A stretch of DNA of 64,000 nucleotides from Octopus bimaculoides. Its lineage: Eukaryota. The position numbers and the translations under genes are program-made. The DNA lies in assembly GCF_001194135.2 (NCBI RefSeq), contig NC_068989.1, positions 6,623,569 to 6,687,568 of the forward strand, written 5' to 3'. Under the pieces are notes generated by a model. The model had not been told where the DNA came from. It saw nothing but the letters and a program-made list of their open reading frames with translations, and did not search any database. Positions within the stretch are counted from its first letter, which is position 1; each line of letters begins with the position of its first letter. Of the stretch, positions 38,243-51,249 are shown piece by piece.

Positions 38243-39015
38243 GACTACGCCGTGCCTGGATATCACGTTGTTATTATAAAGGTGTGTTCCGTCATTCCAT
38301 AGTATTCCTACACACATATACAAACTCGTAATGTACTCAGACACCTATATAAATATATGCACACACAGACACAAACGCGTGCATTCAATCACATATTGGT
38401 ATGTAATCAATGCATAAACATGGCATCGAATTTCATTACAGAGGCTTTGGAACTCTATTGAATCCTTTGTGTGTTGAAAATTACTCCCTAAAAATTTCTG
38501 CTTAATACAATCTTATTAAAAGCACCGGTTATCATCTTTGGATAAATGAAAAAGAAACGTTTCTTTTAGCGGAGATTGTAGCAGTAATAAAGCAGTGAAA
38601 TTAAAGTGTTAAATAATTGATGAATTAAAACCACGTAATGATGTACCCTATGGCAAGAACAGAAACCGCAATAACATATTACAGATGGTACAACTATCAA
38701 GCGAAATTCCTGTGGGTTTTTGAATTACATCTCAACACTTATATTAATTTTGGCAAGACGAGGGAAAATCCTTGCATCAGTTTACAAGAAGAGGAGGGAT
38801 TGATACTGCAATACAGCATTTCTCAACTACTCCCTGGTTATTGTGAAGCAATTAAGCCAGCCATCTACGTTTAGTAGAAAAGTATTAAGCAGATACTGTG
38901 GTCTACTTCTCAAGAAAACTGGAACAACGCGACCCCATGTTCAAGACAGAAACAACGAAAATATCACTGGTATGTTACGCGGTGAGCTGTCAGAATTGTT
39001 AGTAATCTTCCGCCG

Positions 39016-39300
39016 AGGCGGTGAGCTGGCAGGAACGTTAGCACGACGGGCGAAATGCTTAGCGGTATTTCGTCTGTCTTTGTGTTCTGAGCTCAAATTC
39101 CGCTGAGGTCGACTTTGCCTTTCATCCTTTCGGGGTCGATAAATTAAGTACCAGTTACGCTCTGGGGTCGATGAAATCGACTTGATCCCTTCGTCTGTCC
39201 TTGTTTGTCCCCTCTATGTTTAGCTCCTTGTGGGCAATAAAGAAAGAAGAAACGTTAGCACACCGGGTGAAATGCTTAGCAGTATTTCATCTCTCTTTAC
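39016..39300 (+). mobile_element. SINE A dimer, second monomer truncated
   Basis: Same linker as the 29300 dimer. Confidence 0.93.
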
Positions 39301-40107
39301 CTATCGCGGGGGATTTCGCAAAACATTGGTTAAGCAAAGCCTACAGTAGAATATTCACCAATGATGCAGCGCAGTGGAACTGAAACCGCAGCCGCGAGGT
39401 AACAAAGCGAACTTCATAACCACACAGCCATGATTGCGCCTATGTATTGATTTTTCACTTTGCATCTGATATTGATATCCTGTTTTCCAATATTTTCCCT
39501 GATTACGTTGATTTCTTTTTGTTTTTTTGTTGTTTTTTTTGAGAGAGAGAGAGAACTGATCAATTTTGGTTGTGTGTGATCTCATATCAATCGATCTCTG
39601 TTACTCCGCATCTGATGTCCGATGGAAACCGCAGCACAGCATTGTATGATATTCAATGCCTAAAAGCTGCGAGTTTTAATTTATGCCGTGTTCCTTAGCA
39701 ACTTGATCACAATAACATCAAGTCAGTAGGGTTTTTTTTTTCTATCGTCTCGTTCCATAACTTCTCTTGCATTTGATGGTTTGTCGATGTAAACAGCCAA
39801 GTCTTGCTTGAAAATTACCGCCGGCTCCTTTTCGAGATCTTGAACACTTCACTCACTTTAAGTTTGCCACGATCCTCCCTAAGGAGCTGCCACATCGTAT
39901 TTATCTCATGGAGATAACCAGCTACCTGCCTTATTTACTCGTGTATACGTCGCAGTATTTTATACTTAATTTAAACTAAAAAACAAACATTGCGGTTGCG
40001 ACTTATCCAAGAGGCAATGCTAAAGCTATGAATAAAAAAAAAACTTTACTAAGATTTAATATTAAATTAGAAGTACGAAGTATGCACGAATAAATACGGT
40101 AGTTTAA

Positions 40108-40240
40108 GGCGACGAGCTGGCAGAAACGTTAACACGCCGGGTGAAATGCTTAGCGGTGTTTCGTCTGTCTTTACATTCTGAGTTCAAATTCCGCCGTGGT
40201 CGACTTTGCCTTTCATCCTTTCGGAGTCGATAAATTAAGT
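40108..40240 (+). mobile_element. SINE A, 5' part
   Basis: Head and core. Confidence 0.93.
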
Positions 40241-40774
40241 TTGCAGACATAGTATCAAAGATACACGTTCAGTTTCATACCCGTTATTGTTGGAGCTGCA
40301 GATTATATATCAACCCGCTTGGACTAAAGTGTAATTGAACAGAGAATTGTGGAAGAAAAAAATAGAACTCTTAAATTCATAAACTAAAAATGGCCGCAAT
40401 ATTTGGAACTTAAATACTTGTAAAATGTTCATACGATTCAAAGGATGGATACTTACATAAGAAACGATGACAATTTCCTTTAGTTTACAACCTTGCCACG
40501 GGGAAGGTGGCCAATCAAAAATAAACCAAAAATTAATAAAAAGAGTGAGCATACATGCAAAGATAATTGAGGGTTATCAGGTCGGAATATGTTTGTCATA
40601 TTGCTGTGGCCGCGCCATTGCTGCTGGCGGGCGAATCGTGGTGTTTAATAATGGTAGGTTTACGGACAATGTCCCCAACAAGCATTCAGATGTGTTATTA
40701 ATAAATAGCTAATTGACACGAAGATTAATGATCTAATGATAGTACTCTACAAGGAAAAGGAGGTGGGAATGAGA

Positions 40775-41448
40775 TTAAGGGTGGGCGTGAGGAGTTGGAG
40801 AAAGAGGAAGAGGAGGAGGATTGAGAATTTTTTGGGTTGGAAAGCAAGAAGAGAGGTTGAGAGAGAAGGAATACAAAAGTTGCGGTTGATTATGTAACAT
40901 ATGAATGAATGAATAACAGAGAGAGGGGGAAGGAAAGAAGAGAAGAGATAGGGGGAAAGTGAGAGGGAGAGGTGGGGGAAAGAGAGGGGATACTGCTAGC
41001 AAAAAGAGTAGATGTACGTGAAGGATAACGGACGACATATTGAGAAATGCCGAAGAAGTAAGATAGAAAGAAAGAAGGGAGTGAGTAACTGTTGTAAAAG
41101 GAGAGGAGAAAGGATAGAGACTAAATGAGAAACGAAAATAGAGGGAGAAACAAAAATAGAGGGAGAGAAAGATGAGAGGGAGTGAGAGAGGTAGGATGAG
41201 GGAGAGAGAGAGAGAGAGGAAAACGGAGCAAAGTGATTGGGGAGGAGAGAGGGATAATGGACGATTGAAAGAGGAAAGGAAGAGCAGAGGAGAACGAACG
41301 TGTGGCAGAGGAAGAAAGACTGAAAGAGATTAGAAATGGAGAGAAAGAAAGAGATTAGAAATGGAGAGAAAGAAATAGATTTTGTATTGATTGAGTGAAT
41401 AGGTCGGCCATTCGTGAGCAGACGATAGAAATTATAAAGAGAAGAGCA

Positions 41449-41450
<2 letters not shown>
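40775..41450. repeat. Polypurine (GA-rich) low-complexity tract
   Basis: Directly visible. Confidence 0.85.
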
Positions 41451-41514
<64 letters not shown>

Positions 41515-42096
41515 NNNNNNNNNNNNNNNNNNNNNNNNNNNNNNNNNNNNNNNNNNNNNNNNNNNNNNNNNNNNNNNNNNNNNNNNNNNNNNNNNNNNNN
41601 NNNNNNNNNNNNNNNNNNNNNNNNNNNNNNNNNNNNNNNNNNNNNNNNNNNNNNNNNNNNNNNNNNNNNNNNNNNNNNNNNNNNNNNNNNNNNNNNNNNN
41701 NNNNNNNNNNNNNNNNNNNNNNNNNNNNNNNNNNNNNNNNNNNNNNNNNNNNNNNNNNNNNNNNNNNNNNNNNNNNNNNNNNNNNNNNNNNNNNNNNNNN
41801 NNNNNNNNNNNNNNNNNNNNNNNNNNNNNNNNNNNNNNNNNNNNNNNNNNNNNNNNNNNNNNNNNNNNNNNNNNNNNNNNNNNNNNNNNNNNNNNNNNNN
41901 NNNNNNNNNNNNNNNNNNNNNNNNNNNNNNNNNNNNNNNNNNNNNNNNNNNNNNNNNNNNNNNNNNNNNNNNNNNNNNNNNNNNNNNNNNNNNNNNNNNN
42001 NNNNNNNNNNNNNNNNNNNNNNNNNNNNNNNNNNNNNNNNNNNNNNNNNNNNNNNNNNNNNNNNNNNNNNNNNNNNNNNNNNNNNNNNNNNNNNNN

Positions 42097-42145
<49 letters not shown>

Positions 42146-42680
42146 AAAATGTATATATATAAAAATGTATATATATATATATGTGTATATATATATACGT
42201 ATGTATTTGTGTCTGTGTTTTTAAACAAATGAGTGAATACAGGTTTCAATACGGCTATAGATCTACTAAATATAGACAGAAATTTTCGCCGACGAAACTT
42301 CAATAAAGTTAGATTCTAAGTTTCTGTCAGTAAACATTATATAATCGTACACACAAACACACACATTCACACACACACATACACTCACACACAAACACAC
42401 ACACTCATACACACATACACATACATGTACGAAAGAGTGGTGAAGCGGGAGAGAAGGAAGAGGAAATATAATGCCGGAGACGGGAAATCGCTCGATTTAT
42501 ACTTATGCGGTTAACTAAGCTATCATTAACGATGGATCGGGTCGCATTGAGGGGAAAATATGAAGCAACAGAAAGACAGAAAGTGAAATATATCTGGATA
42601 TATATGTATTCATATATGGTAGCTGTCTGCTCCAAGGAAGGCCAGACATATTCTTTTACGTATAATTGCTCTTTCCTCTG

Positions 42681-42840
42681 CGTGGCTGCGTAGTGAGAAG
42701 TTTGCTTCCTAACCACATTGTTCTGGATTCAGATCCATTGCGTGGAACCTCGGACAGGTGTCTTCTCCTACAGCCTCGGCTCAACCAAAGTCTTGTGAGT
42801 GGATTTGGAGGACGAAAACTAAAGGATGCTCGTCGTATAT
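42681..42840 (+). mobile_element. SINE B, 5' half
   Basis: Head ending in TA/TG tract. Confidence 0.85.
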
Positions 42841-42841
42841 A

Positions 42842-42883
<42 letters not shown>

Positions 42884-42893
42884 NNNNNNNNNN

Positions 42894-42942
<49 letters not shown>

Positions 42943-42946
42943 ATAT

Positions 42947-43377
42947 AGGCGAAAGAGTGGTTGTATGGTAAGAAGCTTGCTTTTCAACTACATGGTTCCG
43001 GGTTCAGTCTCACTGTATGGTACCTTGGACAAGTGTCTTCTACTATAGCCTTAGCCCGACCAAATCCTTGTGAGTGGATTTCGTAGACGGAAACTGAAAG
43101 AAGCCCGTCGTATTTATATATATATATATATATATGTGTGTGGGGGGGGGTATGCATGTGTGTGCGTGGGTGTATGCCTGTGCTTGACCCCACCATTGCT
43201 GGAGAACCGATGTTGGCATGTTTACGTCTCCGTAACTTAACGGTTTGGCAAAAGCGACCGATAGAATAAGCACTAGGCTTACAAAGAATAAGTCCTGGGG
43301 TCAATTCGTTCGAGTAAAGGCGTTGCTCCAGCAATGCCGCACTCAAATGACTGAAAGAAGTAAAAGAATAAAAGAAT
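42947..43377 (+). mobile_element. SINE B, full length
   Basis: Head, CCTTGGACAAGTGTC box, internal microsatellite, AAAAGAAT tail. Confidence 0.93.
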
Positions 43378-43443
43378 ATGTGTGTTTGTGTCTGTATTTG
43401 TCCAATAATAATAATAATAATAATAATAATGATGATACTGCTG

Positions 43444-43474
<31 letters not shown>

Positions 43475-43837
43475 TGCTGCTGCTGCTGTTTTTGCTGCTA
43501 CTATTACTACTAATTTTGTCGTCATCATCATCGTTGTCTACAGCATCATTATCATTATCACCATCGTCGTCATCGCTACAAGAAACAGTCTGAAAAGCTA
43601 ACACAAACGAAACCTCTGCCGCCACCGCCAGCCTTTTACCCCAAACGCACCCACACCCATCTCTGCTACAGCCAATTCCACAGAAACCAAAAACACAAAA
43701 CACAATAAAACCAATAAAGAAATCCTGATTAACCGTTTCCGATCACACACAGAGTTCGATGTTGACTGATGCTTCCCACATTTGTTTGTTTCTCTGTAGT
43801 TCAGACAGCGAAAGTTAGTGTATGTATGGTCAGCGAT

Positions 43838-44490
43838 GCATAATGATGACGATGATGATGACGATGATGATGATGATGATGATGATGACGACGACGACGA
43901 GGGCGATGATGATGATGCTGATGATGACGATGATGGCGATGATGATGATGATGGTGTTGATGATAATGATGACGACGACGAGGGCGATGATAATGATGAT
44001 GATGATGATGACGATGATAATGATGATGACAATGACGATGACGATGGTTGTGATGACGATGATGATGATGATGATGATGACAACGATTAATATGATGATG
44101 AGGATGATGATGATTGTAACAAACATAATAGTTATAATGATGAAAATGCTTCTAATGATGATGATGATGATCGTGATGCTGGTGGCGACCGTGGTGGTGG
44201 TGATATGATGGTGTTGGTGTTGGTGGTGGTCGTAGTCGTGACGATGATAATGATTATTACGATGATGATTGCGATGATGATGATGTTGATGAAGATGAAA
44301 ACGATGATGATCATGGTGATAGCCGTGGTGGTGGTGGTGGTAGTGGTGGGAGGTAATGATGAAGACGATGATTTCCTTAATAATGATGATGGTGATGACG
44401 ATGATGATTATGATATTCAACCCATCCACCACCACCACCACCACCACCGCCACCGCCGTCGCTACCCCATCATCAGCATCACCATCATCA
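43838..44490. repeat. Long degenerate (GAT/GAC/GGT)n trinucleotide block
   Basis: Directly visible. Confidence 0.93.
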
Positions 44491-45702
44491 AATGGTCACT
44501 GCCTCAGGCTGTAAATAATTTAATCCAAGCGCTCTTCCAGTTGGTTGCCCAGTTCTAGCGATCAGATGATAGTAAAAGTTGTGTGTGACGTCACCGCGTA
44601 TAAAAATCAGAAAAACTCTCTTAATTCCAAAAGGATTGATCGATTTTNNNNNNNNNNNNNNNNNNNNNNNNNNNNNNNNNNNNNNNNNNNNNNNNNNNNN
44701 NNNNNNNNNNNNNNNNNNNNNNNNNNNNNNNNNNNNNNNNNNNNNNNNNNNNNNNNNNNNNNNNNNNNNNNNNNNNNNNNNNNNNNNNNNNNNNNNNNNN
44801 NNNNNNNNNNNNNNNNNNNNNNNNNNNNNNNNNNNNNNNNNNNNNNNNNNNNNNNNNNNNNNNNNNNNNNNNNNNNNNNNNNNNNNNNNNNNNNNNNNNN
44901 NNNNNNNNNNNNNNNNNNNNNNNNNNNNNNNNNNNNNNNNNNNNNNNNNNNNNNNNNNNNNNNNNNNNNNNNNNNNNNNNNNNNNNNNNNNNNNNNNNNN
45001 NNNNNNNNNNNNNNNNNNNNNNNNNNNNNNNNNNNNNNNNNNNNNNNNNNNNNNNNNNNNNNNNNNNNNNNNNNNNNNNNNNNNNNNNNNNNNNNNNNNN
45101 NNNNNNNNNNNNNNNNNNNNNNNNNNNNNNNNNNNNNNNNNNNNNNNNNNNNNNNNNNNNNNNNNNNNNNNNNNNNNNNNNNNNNNNNNNNNNNNNNNNN
45201 NNNNNNNNNNNNNNNNNNNNNNNNNNNNNNNNNNNNNNNNNNNNNNNNNNNNNNNNNNNNNNNNNNNNNNNNNNNNNNNNNNNNNNNNNNNNNNNNNNNN
45301 NNNNNNNNNNNNNNNNNNNNNNNNNNNNNNNNNNNNNNNNNNNNNNNNNNNNNNNNNNNNNNNNNNNNNNNNNNNNNNNNNNNNNNNNNNNNNNNNNNNN
45401 NNNNNNNNNNNNNNNNNNNNNNNNNNNNNNNNNNNNNNNNNNNNNNNNNNNNNNNNNNNNNNNNNNNNATACCTATATATAGATATATATTTAGTTTCAG
45501 CAGAGGACAAATTTGTGTCTGAAAAAGCATGTCATTAAGAGGACGGAGATTGTTTTTTTTTCTAGAAAATTCTAAAACACGTTGTCAAAGTTTCCGTATA
45601 GCTATATCTGAATTAACAAATTGAACCATCTAAATAGAAATAGGTACCATAGTGCGGTACACTTTAAAGGCATATAAACACCAGTATTGTGGTAATTTTC
45701 TT

Positions 45703-46096
45703 TTTCTTTCTACTTTAGGCACAAGACCCGAAACATTGGTGGAGGAAGCCAATCGATTACTCAATTAGTATTTATTTTATCGGCCTTGAAGGGATGGCAG
45801 ACAGGGTCAACTTCGGAGGAATTTGAACTCAGAACCTAAATCCGGATGAAATGCTACTAAGCATTTTGTCCAGTGTGTTAACGGTACTGGCAGCTCAGTG
45901 CTTTAATATTCCAGTAGAATTGGTTTCCAATTTTGGCACAAGGCCAGCAATTTCAAGGAAGGGTTAATTCGATTATATTGTACTTATTTTATCGATTCCG
46001 AAAGGGTGAAATACATAGTCCGCCTCGGCCTAGTTTGAACTCAAAGCGTTAAGACAGTCGAAATGCCGCTAAGCACCTTGTACAGCGTGCTAACGA
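45703..46096 (-). mobile_element. Two adjacent old SINE A copies
   Basis: Two diverged cores at ~45775-45835 and ~45985-46045. Confidence 0.85.
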
Positions 46097-46251
46097 TTCT
46101 ACCAGCTGACCGCCTTAGTAATCTTGTAAATTGGCAAGTGTTCCGTTATCATGCGATTCGTAGTTCAACTTTTCCGTTCGCGCGAGTGCTCTTCTTCGGT
46201 GAAGACTTTCAACGCTAAGCTTGAGATCATTCTTCAATAAAACAAACAATG

Positions 46252-46333
46252 GTTCTATATTTTGGAGATTAGGAATTCTGTACATTATTTACATTATTTA
46301 CATTAGACGGATAACAAGATGAGGACATATATC
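46252..46333. repeat. Collapsed inverted-repeat element end with (TACATTATT)n, copy 1
   Basis: Shares TGTACATTATTTACATTATTTACATT.GACGGATA and the GTTCTATAT..GGAATT end with 52250-52352, with an inverted junction. Confidence 0.7.
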
Positions 46334-46576
46334 AACCCAATTTAAATAATATGAATAATGTAAAACAAACAATATTGGGGAAATATATAACTCGAAAACT
46401 TATTTAATGCCATAGACAATACGACCTATTGGTTTGCAACCAAATTTGGTTCTAAAAATTATGTTAATTGTATAAGAGATAATGTCCAAATTAATAAACA
46501 TTATTTTAAGTATTCACACCTGGTCAGTGAAACTATGTTCTGCTCTACCATATTGTCATTGTTTAGAATCCAAACA

Positions 46577-47060
46577 CTGTGGTTCTCAAACATGTTTTCC
46601 GGTGGATCTCTGTGATTCTTATTTTTCTCTACTCCACCCTCGTAGCCATTTAAAGTTTTCAAAAATCCCATTATATATTTATAATTAAATATTATTACGA
46701 AGATGTATTTGCATAGCAAGTGACCTGATCTGAGATCGCGTGCTGGAACAAAAACAATTACAGCGTGGAAGGTGTTTTATAAGCCAATTAAAAACACACA
46801 AAAACTGTTAGATTCACTTCAACATTTAAATTTAAATTGTCAAAGTATTTTAGTCGCTTTGAGACCGCGACCTGTTCACTGACAAAATTCCATGCTGCAT
46901 CTTGTTGTTTGTAAATATTATTCGGATTTGTACAAAAAAAAATAATGTTAAAAACCTTTGTGTAACGTAGAAGTATAAAAGATTCATTGCATATAATTTT
47001 TAGCAACTAAATCGTATATGGACGCCCAAGGGGTATACGGACTCCGGTTGAAAATCACTA
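46577..47060. mobile_element. Possible old hAT-type MITE
   Basis: CTGTGGTTCTCAAA...GTTGAAAATCACTA imperfect TIR pair; no 8-bp TSD. Confidence 0.3.
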
Positions 47061-48234
47061 GTTTAGGGATATTAACAAAATATTTTGCTTCTTAGTAGCA
47101 TATAACGAGTGTCTGTTTTAATGAACTTCATGATACTAACTCGCTGCGGTAGTTTCACCTTCAATAAAACATAATCTCAAACCAAAAACTTTGCCAAAAT
47201 CATACAACTTTTTATTTCCCTATTAATGAAAACAAGAAGAAAACGAAGAAGTTTTCCTGTCGTTCTAAAGACAAATTAGTAGACTTGAAACAGACTTCTG
47301 AAGAGATTAGTACCGTACGTAATGCAATTATCATGATCAAGTTTTCACTCAACTCCAAAGACGTGTGCCTTTTAAGTTATTTGTTTTATCTGTCATGTAG
47401 AATATACTTTTCTTTTTCTGTAAACTACCAGAGTTCACAAGAGTTGTGCAATCTTGTGTTAAGTTTAATGAAGTGAATTAGTTCCTTGAACAGTGGACTA
47501 ATCTACCGCATATTTGTTTTTTTCTCTAAAACGTTACGATATGTTTTTGAGAAAATTTTGTGAGTCTTGCTCCTTGGAGAAACATTTTCGCATTCATTTG
47601 GAATATATATATATATATATATATATAGTCCGCCACTACATTCCTCCATGGCAAGGTTTAATTTGTGTATACAAATTTAATTTGCGGTCCATGGGAAGAG
47701 CCGTTTTAACGATGCGTCCTACCCAGCTCTTCGAAACGCCGGTGTTAAAACGGGGGTAGCTGATGAAGAAGAATGTTCTCTATGTGGCTTGTGTGTTTTC
47801 TCGTCTACGTTTTGTTTGCAATGTCCTGTACCCAGATATGCACCTATACATACAGGTGGATGTCGGTATGCACATACCTGTACGTATATATGCATATACT
47901 CATTTACTGTGTTTGTTTNNNNNNNNNNNNNNNNNNNNNNNNNNNNNNNNNNNNNNNNNNNNNNNNNNNNNNNNNNNNNNNNNNNNNNNNNNNNNNNNNN
48001 NNNNNNNNNNNNNNNNNNNNNNNNNNNNNNNNNNNNNNNNNNNNNNNNNNNNNNNNNNNNNNNNNNNNNNNNNNNNNNNNNNNNNNNNNNNNNNNNNNNC
48101 TTAACAACAGGACATCCTGACAACAGGACCAGCCCATTTATATATAAAGGTATGTATATATATACGTGCGTACGTGTGTATGTGTATAAGTGTGTGCGCG
48201 TGTGCGCGCGCGTGTGTGAGAGAGAGAGAGAGAA

Positions 48235-48268
<34 letters not shown>

Positions 48269-48280
48269 GGAGATAGAGAG

Positions 48281-48681
48281 AGTAGTTGTATGCTGTCAAC
48301 TTAATGTGACTTATGTGACTTAATGTGAATAATACTACTGTTGGTTAGACCTAGGAAGCTGCACCGCTTCCTAGGTCTAACCAACAGTANNNNNNNNNNA
48401 ATGTGACTTATGTGACTTAATGTGAATAATACTACTGTTGGTTAGACCTAGGAAGCTGCACCGCTTCCTGTCGGCCTTGACACATTCCCTGTGTCCTTAT
48501 GTTTACAAGGGGGAGACAAGCATCTCCACCCAGCTAAGCCTGCATCCAGAGACTTGTAAACATAAGCACACAGGAAATGTGTCAAGGCCGACAGGAAGCG
48601 GTGCAGCTTCCTAGGTCTAACCAACAGTAATATTATTCCCTTCAGGGGACTGTCGCATTAAGTTGACAGCATACAACTACT
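48281..48681. mobile_element. Foldback/MITE-like element with nested long inverted repeats
   Basis: Outer TIR 48281-48310 vs 48652-48681 (29/30). Inner arms 48425-48509 vs 48553-48637 (82/85) around a 43-nt loop. 48303-48389 is redundant sequence beside a 10-N gap. No TSD seen. Confidence 0.85.
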
Positions 48682-48735
48682 TCATCGTATCACTACTGCA
48701 TAAATCTCTCTGAGAGATTTAGAAAGTATTATTTC

Positions 48736-48793
<58 letters not shown>

Positions 48794-49372
48794 TGTGCAT
48801 GTATGTGTGTATGAGATTTTGTGTGTACGTGCTGATCACTCATGTCCAAATGATTAAGAAGTTCGATTTACAATCATAAAGATCCAAGATTGATCCCACA
48901 ACATGAAGCGTTCGGCCAGTGTCTTGTATTATATCCTCAGGTTGTTTCAAACACTCAGAGCGAAAATGGATAAAGCTAGAATAGAGACTCCCGTCACATA
49001 ATCTGTACTTGCAAAGCAAACGGCTTCCTTTGCCACATATTTAGTCGCACCGATTTCTTCGGCGGGTTAGGTTTTGGGTGTAAGTGTCTGCAGTAAAATC
49101 CACCATTGACAGTAGAATTTGGAGAAAAGTCACCATCGAAACGGACGGAGATCCATTTACGATACAGACATACATGCATATATATATACAAATTTATGCA
49201 CACATACACACGCCCACACACACAGACACATATGTATATATATCCATATATATGTATGTATATATAGAGAGAAGAAAAGAGAATTTATATGCTCACACAC
49301 ATATTCACATTCATACACACATATATGTGTGTTCATGTTGTGTGTATATATGCATACATATACGCACGTCTG

Positions 49373-49439
<67 letters not shown>

Positions 49440-50410
49440 ATGTGTGTTTGTGTGAAAGTGTGTTTATTTATTTGGTCATTACGGGTTTAATTCTGAACCG
49501 ACAAATTTAATGATTGTCATTAAAATAATTTAAGTAGAACATTGCTTTGACATTTACTGATTTATCAACTCTGAAATATAACGATGCATGGATACAATAA
49601 AAGCAATAAAACACACACACACAAAGAAAAACATAAACCATAAAAATAAAATAAAATAAAAAATAAATAAACATATAAGCAAATCACTGTAGCTAGAAAA
49701 TTATAGAAAGTTAATGAAATAAGATGAGGAAACATAATAAAATTATTAGCAACAATATGAGAATTATCATTATCATCACCATTAACATCGACAAAAACAA
49801 CAAAATCATCAAGACTAACATGGTTAGCAAACAACAGTATCAGCTATGCGAAAAAGACAGCGAACTAGTTACGTAATGAATTCTTCGCCTCAAAGCTTTT
49901 TGGTTAAATTACTGTAAAACAACAATTCGAGGACCTCTGATAATTAAATTATATCACTGATATTATATATATTTACTAATCCATAAAATATGTAAATCTA
50001 AGAATGCTATTTGAACCGTAATGTGTGGAAAAAGTTCTCGAATCTGGTGTATTACTGGCAAATAAGTTTCTAAGCTGTGTAAATATTTGATAAACGTATT
50101 GCAACTTTCATAAAAGATTTCATTGAAATTTGTTCAATGTAACACGCCGTACACACACTCATACACATTAGCTATTAGCGTGTCTATTAATATATGTACG
50201 TACATATTTATATATATCTATATATATAAATATATACATATTATATATCATATCAGTATGTGTGTATGTGTATGTGTATGGATGCGTGGAGAGAGAAATA
50301 GAACGAAAAAAGAGACAGAAAATGAGATATAAATAAATGTATCATAGGGGAATATGTGTATATATTTATGTATAAAACACGTTTATATATAAATAAATAT
50401 ATACTGTGCC

Positions 50411-50496
<86 letters not shown>

Positions 50497-50918
50497 TGTA
50501 TGTATGCATGTGTGCATGCATGCATGATTGTATGTATCTATATGTGGCTCCCTTCCTCCACATTACATGTAAACTCTTGCTACAACGACCGTGTTAATGA
50601 GATTCATAGAAGACTTCCTTTTTCTTGAAGAAGTACTAGTGTCTGAAACGTTTTCACATCTTTGTAGCAAACTATGTTTTAATCTGTATTTATATCGATA
50701 AACCTTTCGAGAATAAATTTTCTGACTCAGAAAAGCCCGTTTTCCTTTCATTCTACATCTTACCTTGTGTTTCAAGGATTCTGGTTGGCTGAAATGGGTT
50801 GATACAAAAGTCTCTACAGCTGATATCACATTCAGTTTAGCAATGAGTTTTAACCCATGAAAAGCCAATACCTGGGTGTAATATTCCAGAAGATTGAGGA
50901 TCAACACTATTTCGCCCC

Positions 50919-51006
50919 ATTTTCTTTGCCGAACCGCTAAGTTACGGGGACGTAAGCACACCAGCATCGGTTGCCAAGCGATGTTGTGGGGACAAGTACA
51001 GACACA

Positions 51007-51097
<91 letters not shown>

Positions 51098-51249
51098 GTA
51101 TATATATATGACGGGCTTCTTTCAGTTTCCGTTTACCAAATACACTCACAAGGTTCTGGTCGGCCCGAGGCTATAGTAGAAGACACAGTGGGAGTGAACC
51201 CGGAGCCATATGGTTGGTAAGCAAGTTACTTACCACACAGCCACTCCTT
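50919..51249 (-). mobile_element. SINE B with expanded internal (CA)n
   Basis: Body-microsatellite-head order preserved. Confidence 0.92.

Noticed and set aside
43818-44453. Poly-Asp / poly-Met / poly-His ORFs resembling acidic biomineral or His-rich proteins (also 7565-7933)
   Set aside because: Degenerate (GAT)n microsatellite open in nearly all frames on both strands, with no signal peptide or unique domain.
44586-44606. TGACGTCA (CRE) next to TATAAAA as a promoter
   Set aside because: Only 5 bp apart, next to a gap, with no downstream gene evidence.
48303-48399. Apparent tandem duplication and extra short hairpin
   Set aside because: It overlaps the sequence after a 10-N gap and switches arms at the repeated GCTTCC. 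Most likely an assembly or haplotype artefact, though a deletion allele is not excluded.
50780-50910. YLGVIF motif suggesting a LINE RT fragment
   Set aside because: Single short motif; the surrounding frames do not extend the similarity convincingly.
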